Shown here: positions 9,299 through 19,839 of the stretch, one piece after another
Position numbering within the stretch: position 1 is the stretch's first letter
How the letters are laid out: each line of letters opens with the position of its first letter
Origin: an uncultured Candidatus Binatia bacterium
GTDB taxonomy: Bacteria > Desulfobacterota > Binatia > UBA9968 > CAXXLF01
Length of the DNA: 64,000 nucleotides
Assembly (NCBI GenBank): GCA_965218425.1
Contig: OZ244621.1
Span: forward strand, 2,176,001-2,240,000
Reading direction: 5' to 3'
Notes under the pieces: model-generated
Database searches by the model: none
Seen by the model: only the letters and a program-made list of their open reading frames with translations
What the model was told of the DNA's origin: nothing
Translations under genes and position numbers: made by a program

Positions 9299-10396
9299 TC
9301 AGGTGGAAACGATCCTGATGGACTCAGAACCATCGTTGGCCTCTGAGGCCATGGATAGTTGGCCAGCAAGCTTAGCAGCGATATCCAGGAAGACCTTGCT
9401 GATCTCAGATCCGGGTTCCCTGATCAAGATGGGTGTCCCCTTATCTCCCCATTCCCTGATGGATGGCGTGATGGGGACTCCTCCCAAAAAGGGTATTTTA
9501 TACTGCTCCGCAGCCCGTTCCGCCCCGCCGGTGGAGAATATGTCGTGTCTCTTGTTACATCCGTCACATATGAAATAGCTCATGTTTTCTACGACACCAA
9601 CAATGGGAATTCTCACCTTATCGAACATGGATTTCGCTCGAATGACATCCGCAAGGGCAACGTTCTGCGGTGTGGAGACCAGCACCGAACCGCTGACCTT
9701 GAGTTGCTGCGAGAACGTGATCTGCACGTCCCCCGTGCCCGGGGGCATATCCACAATCAGGTAGTCCAGGTCTCCCCAATGCACATCCCCCATCAACTGG
9801 TGCAGGGCCTTCCCCAACATTGGTCCGCGCCAGATTACGGCCTGGTCCGGTTCGAGAAAAAAGCCGATGGACATGACGGGTAAACCATGGGCAACCGGCG
9901 GGCCGAGTTTGTGTCCTCCATCCACTGCAACTTTTTTTGGGTCTTCCTTAATGCCCATTAGGATTGGGATGGAAGGTCCGTAGATATCCGCGTCCAGGAG
10001 ACCTGCGGCGGCACCGTGCATTTTGAGGGCCACGGCAAGGTTGGCCGCAACTGTCGACTTGCCCACTCCACCTTTTCCCGAGGCCACCAGGACGACGTTC
10101 TTAACAGTGGGCAACAGATCGGTTTGGCCAGCCCCAACTTTGCTTCCTCGAACCTGGGCTCCAAAGGATATTTCGAGACTATTCACTCCTATGGGTGCCA
10201 GGGCCTTTTTGCAGTCCTGTTCAATTCTGTCCTTGAGGGGACAGGCAGGCGTTGTGAGCTCCACGGTGAACGCGACCTTTCCATCGTTCACCGTCAGGTT
10301 TTTCACCATTCCCAAGCTAACAATATCTCTATGTATTTCCGGGTCCTGAACCTTCTTGAGGGCGTCCAGCACCGCCTCATTTGTCACTGCTGTCAT
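9299..10396 (-). CDS. apbC: Mrp/NBP35 (ApbC) Fe-S cluster carrier ATPase
   Basis: N-terminal DPEI...LTTPACP domain, SGKGGVGKST, DADIYGPS, WRGPM, DMPPGTGD, ENMS..CxxC. Confidence 0.92.
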   Translation of the reverse strand: MTAVTNEAVLDALKKVQDPEIHRDIVSLGMVKNLTVNDGKVAFTVELTTPACPLKDRIEQDCKKALAPIGVNSLEISFGAQVRGSKVGAGQTDLLPTVKNVVLVASGKGGVGKSTVAANLAVALKMHGAAAGLLDADIYGPSIPILMGIKEDPKKVAVDGGHKLGPPVAHGLPVMSIGFFLEPDQAVIWRGPMLGKALHQLMGDVHWGDLDYLIVDMPPGTGDVQITFSQQLKVSGSVLVSTPQNVALADVIRAKSMFDKVRIPIVGVVENMSYFICDGCNKRHDIFSTGGAERAAEQYKIPFLGGVPITPSIREWGDKGTPILIREPGSEISKVFLDIAAKLAGQLSMASEANDGSESIRIVST

Positions 10397-10479
10397 CTTT
10401 CTTTCCTTCCAGCCAAGCTTACCAAAGAAACCCCACACTGGGCCAATATAGACTCATAAGGTCTAAATAGTCAAGCCGG

Positions 10480-11586
10480 TGTAGTGGATCAGTACATATG
10501 AGACAGGGAGGGATTTTTGGAGGATACGATGCCTCGGTCTTGGAGATATTGCAAGGGAGTTAAGTAATTAAGTGCCTGGTGGGGCCGTACCGTATTGTAG
10601 GTCCGTTCCCATTCGAGCAGTTGTTGGTTAAGAGCCTCAACGGTCCAAGCACACTGTTGGACCTCATAGAACTCCTCAGTGTGAGTACGGTTAGCCCGTT
10701 GCACAGCACCATTGAGCTTAGGACTTTTAGGCCCCACGACGAACAACCGGATGCCATGTTGTTGGCAGTGGGTCTCAAAGTCAGAGAACAACTCTGAGCC
10801 TCCATCGACCTGAAAGGCACGTACGGCAAAGGGCATACGAGCCTTGATGGTATCGATGAACGAGGCGGCTAGGGGGGCGCTAGCTTGACGATGAACTTTG
10901 AGTACGTCCCAGCGCGAGACCACATCGCGGGCAGTGAACTGTTTGAGGATCACGCCTGGCACGGGACCGATGTCGAGGGTGTCGATTTGAACCAGGTCGC
11001 CAGGGTAAAGGGGCTGATAGTCTTTGGGTTTACCGATAGCGTAGGGTCTTAGCTTACGCCGTCTTTTTGTGGAGATAGCTTGGGGTTTTGGCTCTATGAG
11101 TTGTCCGCGCTGCCTGACAGAGCTGAGAATACGGCCCACGGTAGGAGCACAGACCTCAAAGCCTTCGTTTTGAAGTAGCACTACGAGTTTGTTTTTACCC
11201 CAGCGGGGATATTGCTCTGTTAAGCGTAGTATTGCCTGCTTGAGGGCCAGGGGCCATTGGGGCTGTGTGAACCGGTGCGGTTTGCGAGAACGCTCTCGAA
11301 GGGAGCCGAGGTCGTTGGGATCAAAGCGTTGGAGCCGGAGGTAAACAGTGGGTCGGCTCAGGTCAAAAGTGCGGTAGGTAAGCTTTATGTCTTTGGTCTC
11401 CTGCCACAGAAGGAGGGCTCTAAGTCGATCGCGCTCTTTGGGCGAGAGGTTAGTGTGGAGATGACGGCAAGCCCAGTTAAATTGCCAGTTCAGTCCAAAG
11501 TAGCTCATGGAGGGGTCCTTTCTTTATACTTACAAAACCTCTCCTTTGTAGCTTAAATTTGTCTCACATGTGTTTGATCCAGTTCA
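10480..11586 (-). mobile_element. IS481-like insertion sequence
   Basis: Left end TGTAGTGGATCAGTACATATGAGACA (from 10480) matches the reverse complement of the right end, TGAACTGGATCAAACACATGTGAGACA (to 11586). Single DDE transposase; no clear target duplication. Confidence 0.8.
10489..11508 (-). CDS. IS481-like DDE transposase (rve integrase core)
   Basis: QIDT, QVDGGSEL, PKLNGAVQRAN, YNTVRPHQAL. The usual catalytic Glu of VER reads Q (VQR), so it may be inactive. Confidence 0.82.
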   Translation of the reverse strand: MSYFGLNWQFNWACRHLHTNLSPKERDRLRALLLWQETKDIKLTYRTFDLSRPTVYLRLQRFDPNDLGSLRERSRKPHRFTQPQWPLALKQAILRLTEQYPRWGKNKLVVLLQNEGFEVCAPTVGRILSSVRQRGQLIEPKPQAISTKRRRKLRPYAIGKPKDYQPLYPGDLVQIDTLDIGPVPGVILKQFTARDVVSRWDVLKVHRQASAPLAASFIDTIKARMPFAVRAFQVDGGSELFSDFETHCQQHGIRLFVVGPKSPKLNGAVQRANRTHTEEFYEVQQCAWTVEALNQQLLEWERTYNTVRPHQALNYLTPLQYLQDRGIVSSKNPSLSHMY

Positions 11587-11687
11587 CCCTGTCCCAAATC
11601 AGCGGTAAATAACGGTATCAGTTTTAAATTTCGTGCCTATTATGAACTGTGGTCAGCAGGCACCTTACCGCCCAACGCTGGATTTTT

Positions 11688-13232
11688 CTACGCTGGTCCA
11701 TGGACTTCCTCCAGTAGATCGAGGAAGGTCTTCACAGGATTAAACGTGATGAGAGGTACCTCCACGAAGATAGTATTCCAGTGCGCCATGCCACCATTCC
11801 AGAGGCCGGGGAGCTCTAGCGCTTTAAGTGGTTTCCCGTTCATGGACTTTGTGGAGATAAAGCATGCCCTGGGATCGCAGAAACTTGAAAGGTCAAAAGG
11901 CTGTCCGCGGAAATCTCTGAGGCCACACACGATATCGACTGGGTTGAAATGGGTCGATGCATTCCAGATGTCGCTCTGCTCGGTGGATGCCAAATTGACC
12001 TGAGATGACTCTACGATTTGAAGGGATCCGGTATGAGTATCCTCGCCCACCCAGAACGGGCCACCTCCAGGTGCCCCCGTGGACTTTACCATTCCACAGA
12101 CCCTCAGGGGTCGATTCAGTTTGTCTAAGAGAAATCTGACCTTTCCCTGTTTGGTGCCCTGATGGATTTGTTTACTGAGAATCACGGCAAGGTTCTCTCC
12201 GGCAAATTCCAGTGCCTCGTTTAACGCCCTGTCATCAACATTTTTCTTGCTTAGCTCTCTTATATAGCCGTAGGTCTGGTCCTGAACTTCCGCCAGAAGG
12301 CCTCCCAGGGCCTTTTTATAAGCGTAGGTTTCACCCTTCAGCCTATCGGGGACAACGTTGTCTATGTTCTTGATGAATACGATTTCTCCTTCCAGTTCCT
12401 GAAGGTTTTCCAACAGTGCCCCGTGGCCTCCCGGGCGAAACACAAGCCTGTCCTGTGTGTCGCGGAAAGGTTCGTTTTCCAAGTTCACCGCGAGAGTGTC
12501 CGTGGATGGCTTCTGGATGGAAAGGCCGATATCGAATTTTACACCAGGGCTCTCATGGCGGCTTTTAGCTTCTTGCAGGTGAGTACTTATAATTTCCCTC
12601 TGTTCGGGCGGCACAGTGAAATGAAGGCGTGCCGCATGATTTTTGTCCACCGTGTAGGCTGCGGCTTCAACAAGGTGTTCTTCGAATGGAGTTCGACAGT
12701 GGTCACGATAGCAGTGAAACTTGATGAGGCCTTTGCATAGGTGTCCGTAGTTTAGGCCTTTGTCCGTCAGCAGGTATTCGAGAACCTCATCGTACTGACC
12801 CTTGGATATCAATGTTGCGATATCCAAGCCGGCCCTTTTCATTATCGCATTCAGATCATCATAAAAGGCGTATCCTTGGAGATGAGCGAAAAACTCCTTT
12901 ACGTCTCTCTGTTCTGCATTTGTAGGTGCAGAATCCGGGGCGGTTTGATCCTTGGCGGCAAGCAACACCTGAAACATTCGGCTGGCAGCCCCGGAGGCCG
13001 GGATGAACTTTATCGCCTTTCGAGACCGGGCGGCCTGGGAATAGATTTTTTCAAGTCGCCGAAGATCGCTTTTCCTGAGAACGGTGATCCCGTCCCCTTT
13101 GGTACAGGGTCGTTGCAACCGGGAATAGGAAAATCCCCTTCTGAATGTCTCCATCTGAGATTCCGCCTGTTTCAGGGTGATCCCTCTGGCCTGGATCTGT
13201 TCCATGTCTTGTTTCTTGAATAAATCAGGCAT
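11688..13232 (-). CDS. DUF4301-family protein (nucleotidyltransferase-like)
   Basis: KFIPASGAASRMF, FRPGGHGALLENL, FIKNIDNV, RVCGMV...PGGGPFW, THFNPVD, ELPGLWNGGM, TFNPVKT. Confidence 0.88.
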   Translation of the reverse strand: MPDLFKKQDMEQIQARGITLKQAESQMETFRRGFSYSRLQRPCTKGDGITVLRKSDLRRLEKIYSQAARSRKAIKFIPASGAASRMFQVLLAAKDQTAPDSAPTNAEQRDVKEFFAHLQGYAFYDDLNAIMKRAGLDIATLISKGQYDEVLEYLLTDKGLNYGHLCKGLIKFHCYRDHCRTPFEEHLVEAAAYTVDKNHAARLHFTVPPEQREIISTHLQEAKSRHESPGVKFDIGLSIQKPSTDTLAVNLENEPFRDTQDRLVFRPGGHGALLENLQELEGEIVFIKNIDNVVPDRLKGETYAYKKALGGLLAEVQDQTYGYIRELSKKNVDDRALNEALEFAGENLAVILSKQIHQGTKQGKVRFLLDKLNRPLRVCGMVKSTGAPGGGPFWVGEDTHTGSLQIVESSQVNLASTEQSDIWNASTHFNPVDIVCGLRDFRGQPFDLSSFCDPRACFISTKSMNGKPLKALELPGLWNGGMAHWNTIFVEVPLITFNPVKTFLDLLEEVHGPA

Positions 13233-13721
13233 CGCCGCCTCGTATGGATTTTTTCGCCGCCGCCTCGTCACTTAGGGGTAAAGCGCTGGGTGGAATAGTT
13301 CGAAGGCATTGGCACATCAAGTGAAGAGTCTAAGATATGATGTGGTTTTCAAAGCTAGCACGAAAGACCCGAAAGAGTGAAATGTGTCACGCCTTTGATT
13401 TACCCATCAAGCATACGAAGATGGCTATTACCCCAAGGGGTAGCAGTGCAGAGAAGGCAAACCGCTGTGCGTCGGCAAATGCGATGGGGTCTTGTGCCGC
13501 TGTCCCGGTCATCGTCCCCTCCAGGAGTGCCACGGCCAGCGCGACTCCGATGGTTCCTGCGGCGGGGCCAAAGGATGAAAGCATGCCGGAGAGCATCCCG
13601 TATTGTTCTGCGCTTACAGTGGAGAAGGCGGCCCTTTGGTTCGCAGGGATAAAGAAACCTGAGGTAGCCCAGGTTTGACGGACACCTAAAAAGGGGACAA
13701 GATCCCCGCAGGAGGTGTTCG

Positions 13722-14012
13722 ATGGGCAAGCGAAGGCGTTTCACCCAAGAGTTTAAGTTGGAAGCTGTTCGACTGCTGGAGGCGGGCGCTCGGCCAGCAG
13801 CGGAGATTGCACGGGAACTGGGAGTACCTCGCAATCGACTGTACAAGTGGCAGGAGCAAGTGACGAGGAAAGGGGCGGCTGCGTTTCCCGGCACAGGTCG
13901 AGGTAGAGACAACGATGAGGTAGCACGGTTAAGGCGAGAGCTGGAGCGGGTAACGGAACAACGAGATATATTAAAAAAGGCCGCAGCGTACTTTGCCAAG
14001 GAACTCAAGTAA
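13722..14012 (+). CDS. IS3 transposase OrfA
   Basis: RRRFTQEFKLEAVRL HTH, ILKKAAAYFAKE; AAAAAAG slippery site at 13973-13979. Confidence 0.93.
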   Translation: MGKRRRFTQEFKLEAVRLLEAGARPAAEIARELGVPRNRLYKWQEQVTRKGAAAFPGTGRGRDNDEVARLRRELERVTEQRDILKKAAAYFAKELK

Positions 14013-14053
14013 AGTACGCGTTTATACGAGCTCACAGGACAGAGTTTAGGGTA

Positions 14054-14872
14054 GTGAGGATGTGCGAGGTATTAGAGGTCAGTCGTAGTGGGTACTACGA
14101 CTGGAGCGGTCGAGGGGAGTCTCGGCGTAGAGCACAGGATAAGGTTGTGATCAAAGAGATCCGCAAGGTGCACGAGAGCTACAAGGAAGCGTACGGGGCA
14201 GTCAAGACATGGCTGACGCTGAAGGAGGCGGGGGTGACATGTGGGAAGCATGGGGTGGCGAGGCTGAGGAGTTTAGTGGGGATAGAGACGCGTCGGGTGC
14301 AAAGGTTTCGATTGGCCTACAAGGCTCGTCACAGTGCGCCACCGGCACCGAACTTGTTGCGTCAACGCTTCGAAGCGTCAGGCCCCGACCAGGTATGGAT
14401 GGCCGATATTACCTTCATTGGTACCCGATCTGGGTGGTTATACCTGGCGGTAGTGGTGGACCTTTACTCTCGGCTGGTGGTGGGATGGTCAATGAAGCAA
14501 CGTCCCACACAGGAGTTGGTCAGTGAAGCTTTACTGATGGCTATCGAACAGCGCCAGCCTATGGCGGGGCTGATTCACCATAGCGACCAAGGAATCCAAT
14601 ACGCTAGCAATCACTACGTTGAGTTGCTCAAACGCCATGGGGTGGTGCGCAGCATGAGCCGCAAAGGGAATTGCTACGACAATGCAGTGGTCGAGAGTTT
14701 GTTCAGCTCACTAAAGAATGAACTTGTACACCATCAGGATTATAAGACGAGGCAGGACGCTAGGTCGGATATCTTCGACTACATTGAACTGTTTTATAAC
14801 CGAAGAAGAAAGCATGAGTCGTTGGGATACCACACCCCAATGGCATATGACTCGATCAAACGTGTGGCTTAA
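14054..14872 (+). CDS. IS3 transposase OrfB (reached by -1 frameshift)
   Basis: WMADITF, HHSDQGIQY, SMSRKGNCYDNAVVES, FYNRRRKH. Confidence 0.93.
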   Translation: MRMCEVLEVSRSGYYDWSGRGESRRRAQDKVVIKEIRKVHESYKEAYGAVKTWLTLKEAGVTCGKHGVARLRSLVGIETRRVQRFRLAYKARHSAPPAPNLLRQRFEASGPDQVWMADITFIGTRSGWLYLAVVVDLYSRLVVGWSMKQRPTQELVSEALLMAIEQRQPMAGLIHHSDQGIQYASNHYVELLKRHGVVRSMSRKGNCYDNAVVESLFSSLKNELVHHQDYKTRQDARSDIFDYIELFYNRRRKHESLGYHTPMAYDSIKRVA

Positions 14873-16127
14873 TTAACTGTCCGTGAAACCCGGGTCGCTT
14901 CAACCCGTTCCCAATCCAATTAGAGTGAAGGCTGATACCACCCACAGGCAGTGGGAGTCAACTCCTAGCCGTGAATAAACGAGGATCCCCAATAGGGTCA
15001 CGAACATACCCGCAGCGGCAATGGACCTGGCGTCAAGTCGGTCCGCTAACCTGCCGCTTACGGGTGAAATTATGGCTGTTGATAGCGGCAGGGTGGTTGC
15101 CACCAGCCCAATGACCAAGGGGGACAGTTGAAGGACATTTTGCATGTAAAGAGGGCCAAGCATGAAAACTGGGTAGTGAACACCGGCGTTCAATACCAGA
15201 GCTAGCATGGAGGTGGATAAAGGGAGACTCTTAAACAATGAAGGCCGTATCAATGGGTTTTTGGTACGAAACTCCGTGACGGTAAAACTGAATAGTCCGA
15301 GGGCGGAAACAGTCAGGCAGATCAGAACGTAGAATGAATCCCAACCTGATTTTGCTCCAATACTTAATGCGAGCAGGAGTGACGGATACCCAACCAAAAG
15401 CGTGAAGGCCCCTAAAAAGTCGAAGGGCTCTTTTCCCCTCTCTTCTCGGCCTTTCAATACTTTGAATACCGCCATGGAGGCCGCCAAACCGATAAAAGCG
15501 TTGGCCGCAAAGATCGCGCGCCAGCTCCACAAAAATAGTAGGAGTCCCCCCACAGACGGTCCCGTGGCCCTGCCGACGGCCACAGATGCGGCCAACCAAC
15601 CAAGGAATTCACCTCTCCTGTTTGGTGGGCAGGTGGATGCTAGAATGGCGGCGGACATGGGAAACGCCATGGCCAGGCCGATGCTCATAACGGTTCTAAA
15701 TGCCAGCAATTGGAAGTAGGAACCCGCAAAGGCGGCTAGGCCGGAGCCCACCGCGTACATGGTAACGCCGATTCTGTACAGTCGATTCCTGCCGAGGAGG
15801 TCTCCTGCTTTCCCAAAGCAGAGTGAGAGGCTCGAAACTGTCACCAACCCGATGAACGAAATCCACTGAAGTGCCCCCAGGCCAATACCCAAATCGCTTT
15901 GAATGGTGGGAAGTGCGACGCTGATGCTGCCGTAGCTGTTGAAAAACAGATACGCGGCTAGACAGACGACACTCAGAACTTTGAGTTGTTCTTTATCCAG
16001 TGAGTTCTTCAGTGGGCTCATCCGCCCCGTACCCCCTGTCGAGAGTCTTAAGGGAAGGAGGAGGCGCCCGGTGATCTAACTTCCCCTGGGCGCCGTGAGG
16101 CGCCACCGAAGTCCGCACCCAAGTCCA

Positions 16128-16156
16128 CCGTTCGGCCGTGAGCTCACGTCGAACGG
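16128..16156. repeat. REP-like short palindrome
   Basis: CCGTTCG-GC-CGTGAGCTCACG-T-CGAACGG in the divergent MFS/LLM gap. Confidence 0.55.
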
Positions 16157-16247
16157 GTGCCCTTGTGTGGTATAGGGAACGTCATCTTTTCCTTTTCTTA
16201 GCGGGGAGTGTCAAGTAAAAAGAGCTCAGCACAAAGCAAAGCTCTGT

Positions 16248-16276
16248 TTGACAATTAATTGCTCACGAAATATAGG
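16248..16276 (+). promoter_or_regulatory. Sigma70-type promoter for the first LLM gene
   Basis: TTGACA-17 nt-TATAGG; a divergent TTGACA lies on the minus strand at 16209-16214. Confidence 0.6.
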
Positions 16277-16284
16277 CATGGGTC

Positions 16285-17340
16285 ATGCAATGGGGTCTCT
16301 TTTACCTTCCCACCGAATTACCTGATGCTCCCGTTGAAGGTGCCGATCTCTATCGCACCGTGATTGATCAAGTGCGCTTTGCCGAGGAGATTGGGTTCGG
16401 TTCCGTGTGGCTTGCTGAGCACCACTTTCACAAATTTGGCGGAATGTTTCCCTCCACTCCGATGCTTGGAGCGGCCGTTGCCCAGCACACCAAGACCATT
16501 CGTATCGGCCCGGCAGTGGTTCTGCTTCCCTACCACAATCCAGTTCGCGTTGCGGAAGACTATGCCACCCTGGACCTGCTAAGCAATGGCCGACTTGAAT
16601 TCGGTGTGGGGCACGGCTTTGTGAAATGGGAGGCCATGGTGTTTCGCGTTCCACTGGACGAGTTGCGGGAACGGTTTAGGGAAAATCTGGATGTGGTGCT
16701 CAAGGCGTGGACGGAACCACAAATGAGCCATAAAGGTCGTTTTTATGAGTTTAAGGATCTGGCTGTTTGGCCGCGCCCCTACCAGCAACCTCACCCACCG
16801 GTATGGATGGCCGCCACTGCAAGCATCGAGTCCTTTGAGTATTCCGGCCGCATGGGATTTCACATGATGCTGATTCCTTTTCTGCAGGAGGTGAAGGAAT
16901 TGCGCTCCAAGGTAGAGGCCTACCTAGCCGCCCGGGAGAAAGCGGGCCTCTCTTCACCGCCGCGGATTTTAGGCGTTTACCATATCTATGTTGGTGAAGA
17001 CGGTGGAGAAGCCCGGGCCTCGGGAGCGCACGGCGTGAAACAATACACGAGCGCAGCGGCCGGTGCCCATAGCCTAACACCCAATGTCCAGGACCCTGAG
17101 TCCTATGGGAGCCACCTGGCTGCGCGAGCCGCCACAAGAGGACTGAGTTTTGACGATTTCGTTGAACGCAACCGTGTTCTGATAGGCAGCGCCTCTGAGG
17201 TAAGAGAGCAAATCAAATATTTGCGCGAGCAGTTGTATCTCACCGACCTTGCCGGCCTATTTGCGCTGGGGGGTCTCGCGGAAACCCAGGTCCGTGCCTC
17301 CATGGGGCGCTTTATGGCGGAGGTTGTGCCTGGACTTTAG
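16285..17340 (+). CDS. LLM-class (luciferase-like) flavin-dependent oxidoreductase
   Basis: WLAEHHF, HNPVRVAED, SNGRLEFGVGHG, PRPYQQPHPPVW. Confidence 0.9.
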   Translation: MQWGLFYLPTELPDAPVEGADLYRTVIDQVRFAEEIGFGSVWLAEHHFHKFGGMFPSTPMLGAAVAQHTKTIRIGPAVVLLPYHNPVRVAEDYATLDLLSNGRLEFGVGHGFVKWEAMVFRVPLDELRERFRENLDVVLKAWTEPQMSHKGRFYEFKDLAVWPRPYQQPHPPVWMAATASIESFEYSGRMGFHMMLIPFLQEVKELRSKVEAYLAAREKAGLSSPPRILGVYHIYVGEDGGEARASGAHGVKQYTSAAAGAHSLTPNVQDPESYGSHLAARAATRGLSFDDFVERNRVLIGSASEVREQIKYLREQLYLTDLAGLFALGGLAETQVRASMGRFMAEVVPGL

Positions 17341-17462
17341 GGCGACGTTTTCAAGGAGTGGGCTAAGCAACCAGCCAGGTGAAATGGATTTTAGTTGCAG
17401 AAGTGGAATCCATGACAGGTAGTTGGGTTTTACTTCTTTTGACCAGATAAGTTGGAGGTTTT

Positions 17463-18587
17463 ATGGAGGTATGGATTCGTCCGAGCTACTATTACCTCTC
17501 CCGGCTTCATGAGCCCATGCCGTACCCAGTTCCAGGCCGCATGTGGGATCGTAGCCTGGGCGAGAAGCTCTACGGGGATCACATGCGCTTCATTCGAAGT
17601 GTCGACCGGTTGGGATTTGATGGAGTTCTTTTTACGGAACACCACTATGGACCCAATGGTGGCCTGACCCCATCCCCTACGGTTTTTCTATCCGCGGCGA
17701 GTCAGGTTACCGAACGAATAAAGCTCGTAATCATGGGGATTGCACTGGCGCTCTACCCTCATCCCGTTCGTGTAGCGGAAGAGTTGGCCATGTTGGACAA
17801 CCTCTCCCACGGCAGGCTCGAGGTGGGTTTTATTAGCAGTGGCGCTCCGTCGTTATACGCGTACAACCTTGCGGTGAGCGAAGAAGGCGGGCGGTATCAT
17901 GAGGCCTACGATCTCGTCATGAAGGCCTGGACTGAAGAAAACCCATTTGAGTGGCATAGCCGGTACTACGATTATCGATGCGTTTCGGTTCTTCCTCGTC
18001 CCCTCCAGGTCCCCTATCCGCCCATATGGACCGTGGCCGCCAGCACGGAAAGTCTCCAATGGGCGGCTGAGCATCAATTGCGCCTTTTTTCTTCCGGTAC
18101 GTTGGATGGAGCTGCTGAAACTCTAAGTTACTACAGAAATATTGCCGCAACCGAATTTGGCTGGACCCCCAAACCCGCTGAACTGGGGATAGCTCGCGAG
18201 CTGTATATGGGTCGAACAGAGTCCCATGTCCGGCAAATGTTGGATGAGCTTTTTCATAGGGAAGGAGACATGGCTTACAAGCAAGTCACGGAAGCACCTC
18301 AATTGGCGGATCTCAACCGCGAACGGCGTGCCACTCGGTCATATGACCACCAGAAAACGCGCAGGCGACGGGCAGGGGAGCATCGGACGGAAGAAGCCGT
18401 GCGGGGCGGCAGTTTTCTGGTAGGGGACCCTGACTCCATCACAGAGCAGATTCTCCATCAACGGGAAGTTACCGGAGCCGGTATTATAGCCATACGGCTC
18501 GAGCTGGGCGATGTGGACTTGGATGAGGTGACCGAAAACCTAGAGCTGTTCTCCCGGGAGGTGCTCCCGGTTCTAAGGAAGGCCTAG
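17463..18587 (+). CDS. LLM-class flavin-dependent oxidoreductase
   Basis: FTEHH, PSPTV, HPVRVAEELAMLD, PRPLQVPYPPIW, LFSREVLP. Confidence 0.9.
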   Translation: MEVWIRPSYYYLSRLHEPMPYPVPGRMWDRSLGEKLYGDHMRFIRSVDRLGFDGVLFTEHHYGPNGGLTPSPTVFLSAASQVTERIKLVIMGIALALYPHPVRVAEELAMLDNLSHGRLEVGFISSGAPSLYAYNLAVSEEGGRYHEAYDLVMKAWTEENPFEWHSRYYDYRCVSVLPRPLQVPYPPIWTVAASTESLQWAAEHQLRLFSSGTLDGAAETLSYYRNIAATEFGWTPKPAELGIARELYMGRTESHVRQMLDELFHREGDMAYKQVTEAPQLADLNRERRATRSYDHQKTRRRRAGEHRTEEAVRGGSFLVGDPDSITEQILHQREVTGAGIIAIRLELGDVDLDEVTENLELFSREVLPVLRKA

Positions 18588-18672
18588 GAAACTTGGAATG
18601 GTCGGTGGCGTCCTCTGGTTCACGAAATCAATCGTGGCGGTCTGTAAAGGAGGTGTCTCAGCCGCACCTCTT

Positions 18673-19839
18673 TTATTTTTCCCGGGGATCAGCCTGAGGT
18701 TCTTGGCTCGAGCCCTGGTACAACTCACCTCCCCGGATGGTCCAGCGGGCTAAGATGCGCTGATCGGCCGTCAGCTCGTTGCCCAGAGAATCTCGCAACT
18801 TCGCGGACCCGTGCGCCAGTTCCAATACCGCCAGGTCGGCCTCGCGCCCAGGCTCGAGGCTTCCCAATCGGTCTTGCCATCCCATGGCTCTGGCCGGGTT
18901 GATGGTGCAGGCGGCCTACACCTGCTCAAGGCCCATTCCTAGAGTAAGGAACTTGGTCATGGTTGTGGGCAGGTCCACCACGGGACCCAGTCCGCTACGG
19001 ATGTGGAGGTCGGAACTTATGGTATCCGGCAAGAATCCCTCGCCCACGGATCTCTTTACCAGATCAAAGGAGAGGTGGCGGTTGGCGTGACCCACGTCGA
19101 ACAGGACGCCGCGTTCGTGTGCACGGCGCACGGCCAAGCGTAAACCACCGTTTTCATCCATAATGCATGGCTTGAGCGGTGTAAAACAGTGGGTCACCAC
19201 ATCGCCGGGCCTGAGCGTGTCAACGATCTCCTCCATGGAAATACCGGTATCTCCGATGTGAACCATCACGGGGGATTTAGACGCATTGCCGGCTTCAATG
19301 GCCAGCCGAAGCGCTTGCCTGCCATTGTCGCCCACCGACGATCGGTTAAGGCGCACCTTGATCCCCACGGCTACGTCTGGATGTTCACCCACCGTGCGCG
19401 CGGCCCCTTCCGGATCGGCGAACCGTAAGTCGTTCAATTCCCCCGGTGAGGTCAAAACACCATGCTGAGCGACACAGACCAGTGCCAGCATCCGGGTACG
19501 AGATCCCTCGGCGATGAAACGCTTGAACCCAAGAAAGTTTACCGGGCCTGCGGAGCCTGCGTCCACTGACGTGGTTACGCCGCTCGCCTTACAGATGGGA
19601 TCGGCATCGAAACCGAACGGATTAACTCCCCAGTAGCTATGGATGTGGAAGTCGATGAGACCGGGAGTTACGTAACAACCCCGCACGTCCAGCACGCGTT
19701 TGGCGCCATCCTGGTTTAGTCTTGATCCCATGGCAGCAATACGGCCGCCAGCGATGCCTACGTCCAGCTCATGGCACTGCCCGGATGCCGGATCCAATAC
19801 GGTACCGCCTGCCATCAATAAGTCGAACGAGTCATTCAT
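18673..19839 (-). pseudogene. Amidohydrolase (dihydroorotase/deacetylase-like) with an in-frame amber stop
   Basis: PGLIDFHIH, GIKVRL, MVHIG, THCF, DVGH, ISSD. TAG at 18916-18918 interrupts LEQV*AACTINPARAMG...GSLEPGREADLAV, which continues in the same frame. Confidence 0.85.

Larger units (their letters stand above)
13660..14902 (+). mobile_element. IS3-family insertion sequence with 3-bp target duplication ACC
   Basis: TG...CA ends; IRL TGAGGTAGCCCAGGTTTGACGGACAC vs IRR (reverse complement) TGAAGCGACCCGGGTTTCACGGACAG; ACC at 13657-13659 and 14903-14905. Confidence 0.95.
13387..16021 (-). pseudogene. DHA2-type MFS transporter interrupted by an IS3 element
   Basis: Removing 13660-14902 plus one ACC copy restores a continuous frame ...LIGLGTG-FFIPANQRAAFSTV...MLSGMLSSFG...MGKSKA*. 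Confidence 0.92.

Noticed and set aside
18599..18610. TGGTCGGTGGCG as the second att site of the tRNA-Pro island
   Set aside because: Only 7 contiguous bases match the tRNA 3' end, which is expected by chance.
18916..18918. Pyrrolysine recoding
   Set aside because: The position is non-catalytic, the protein is not a methylamine methyltransferase, and no pyl genes are in the window.
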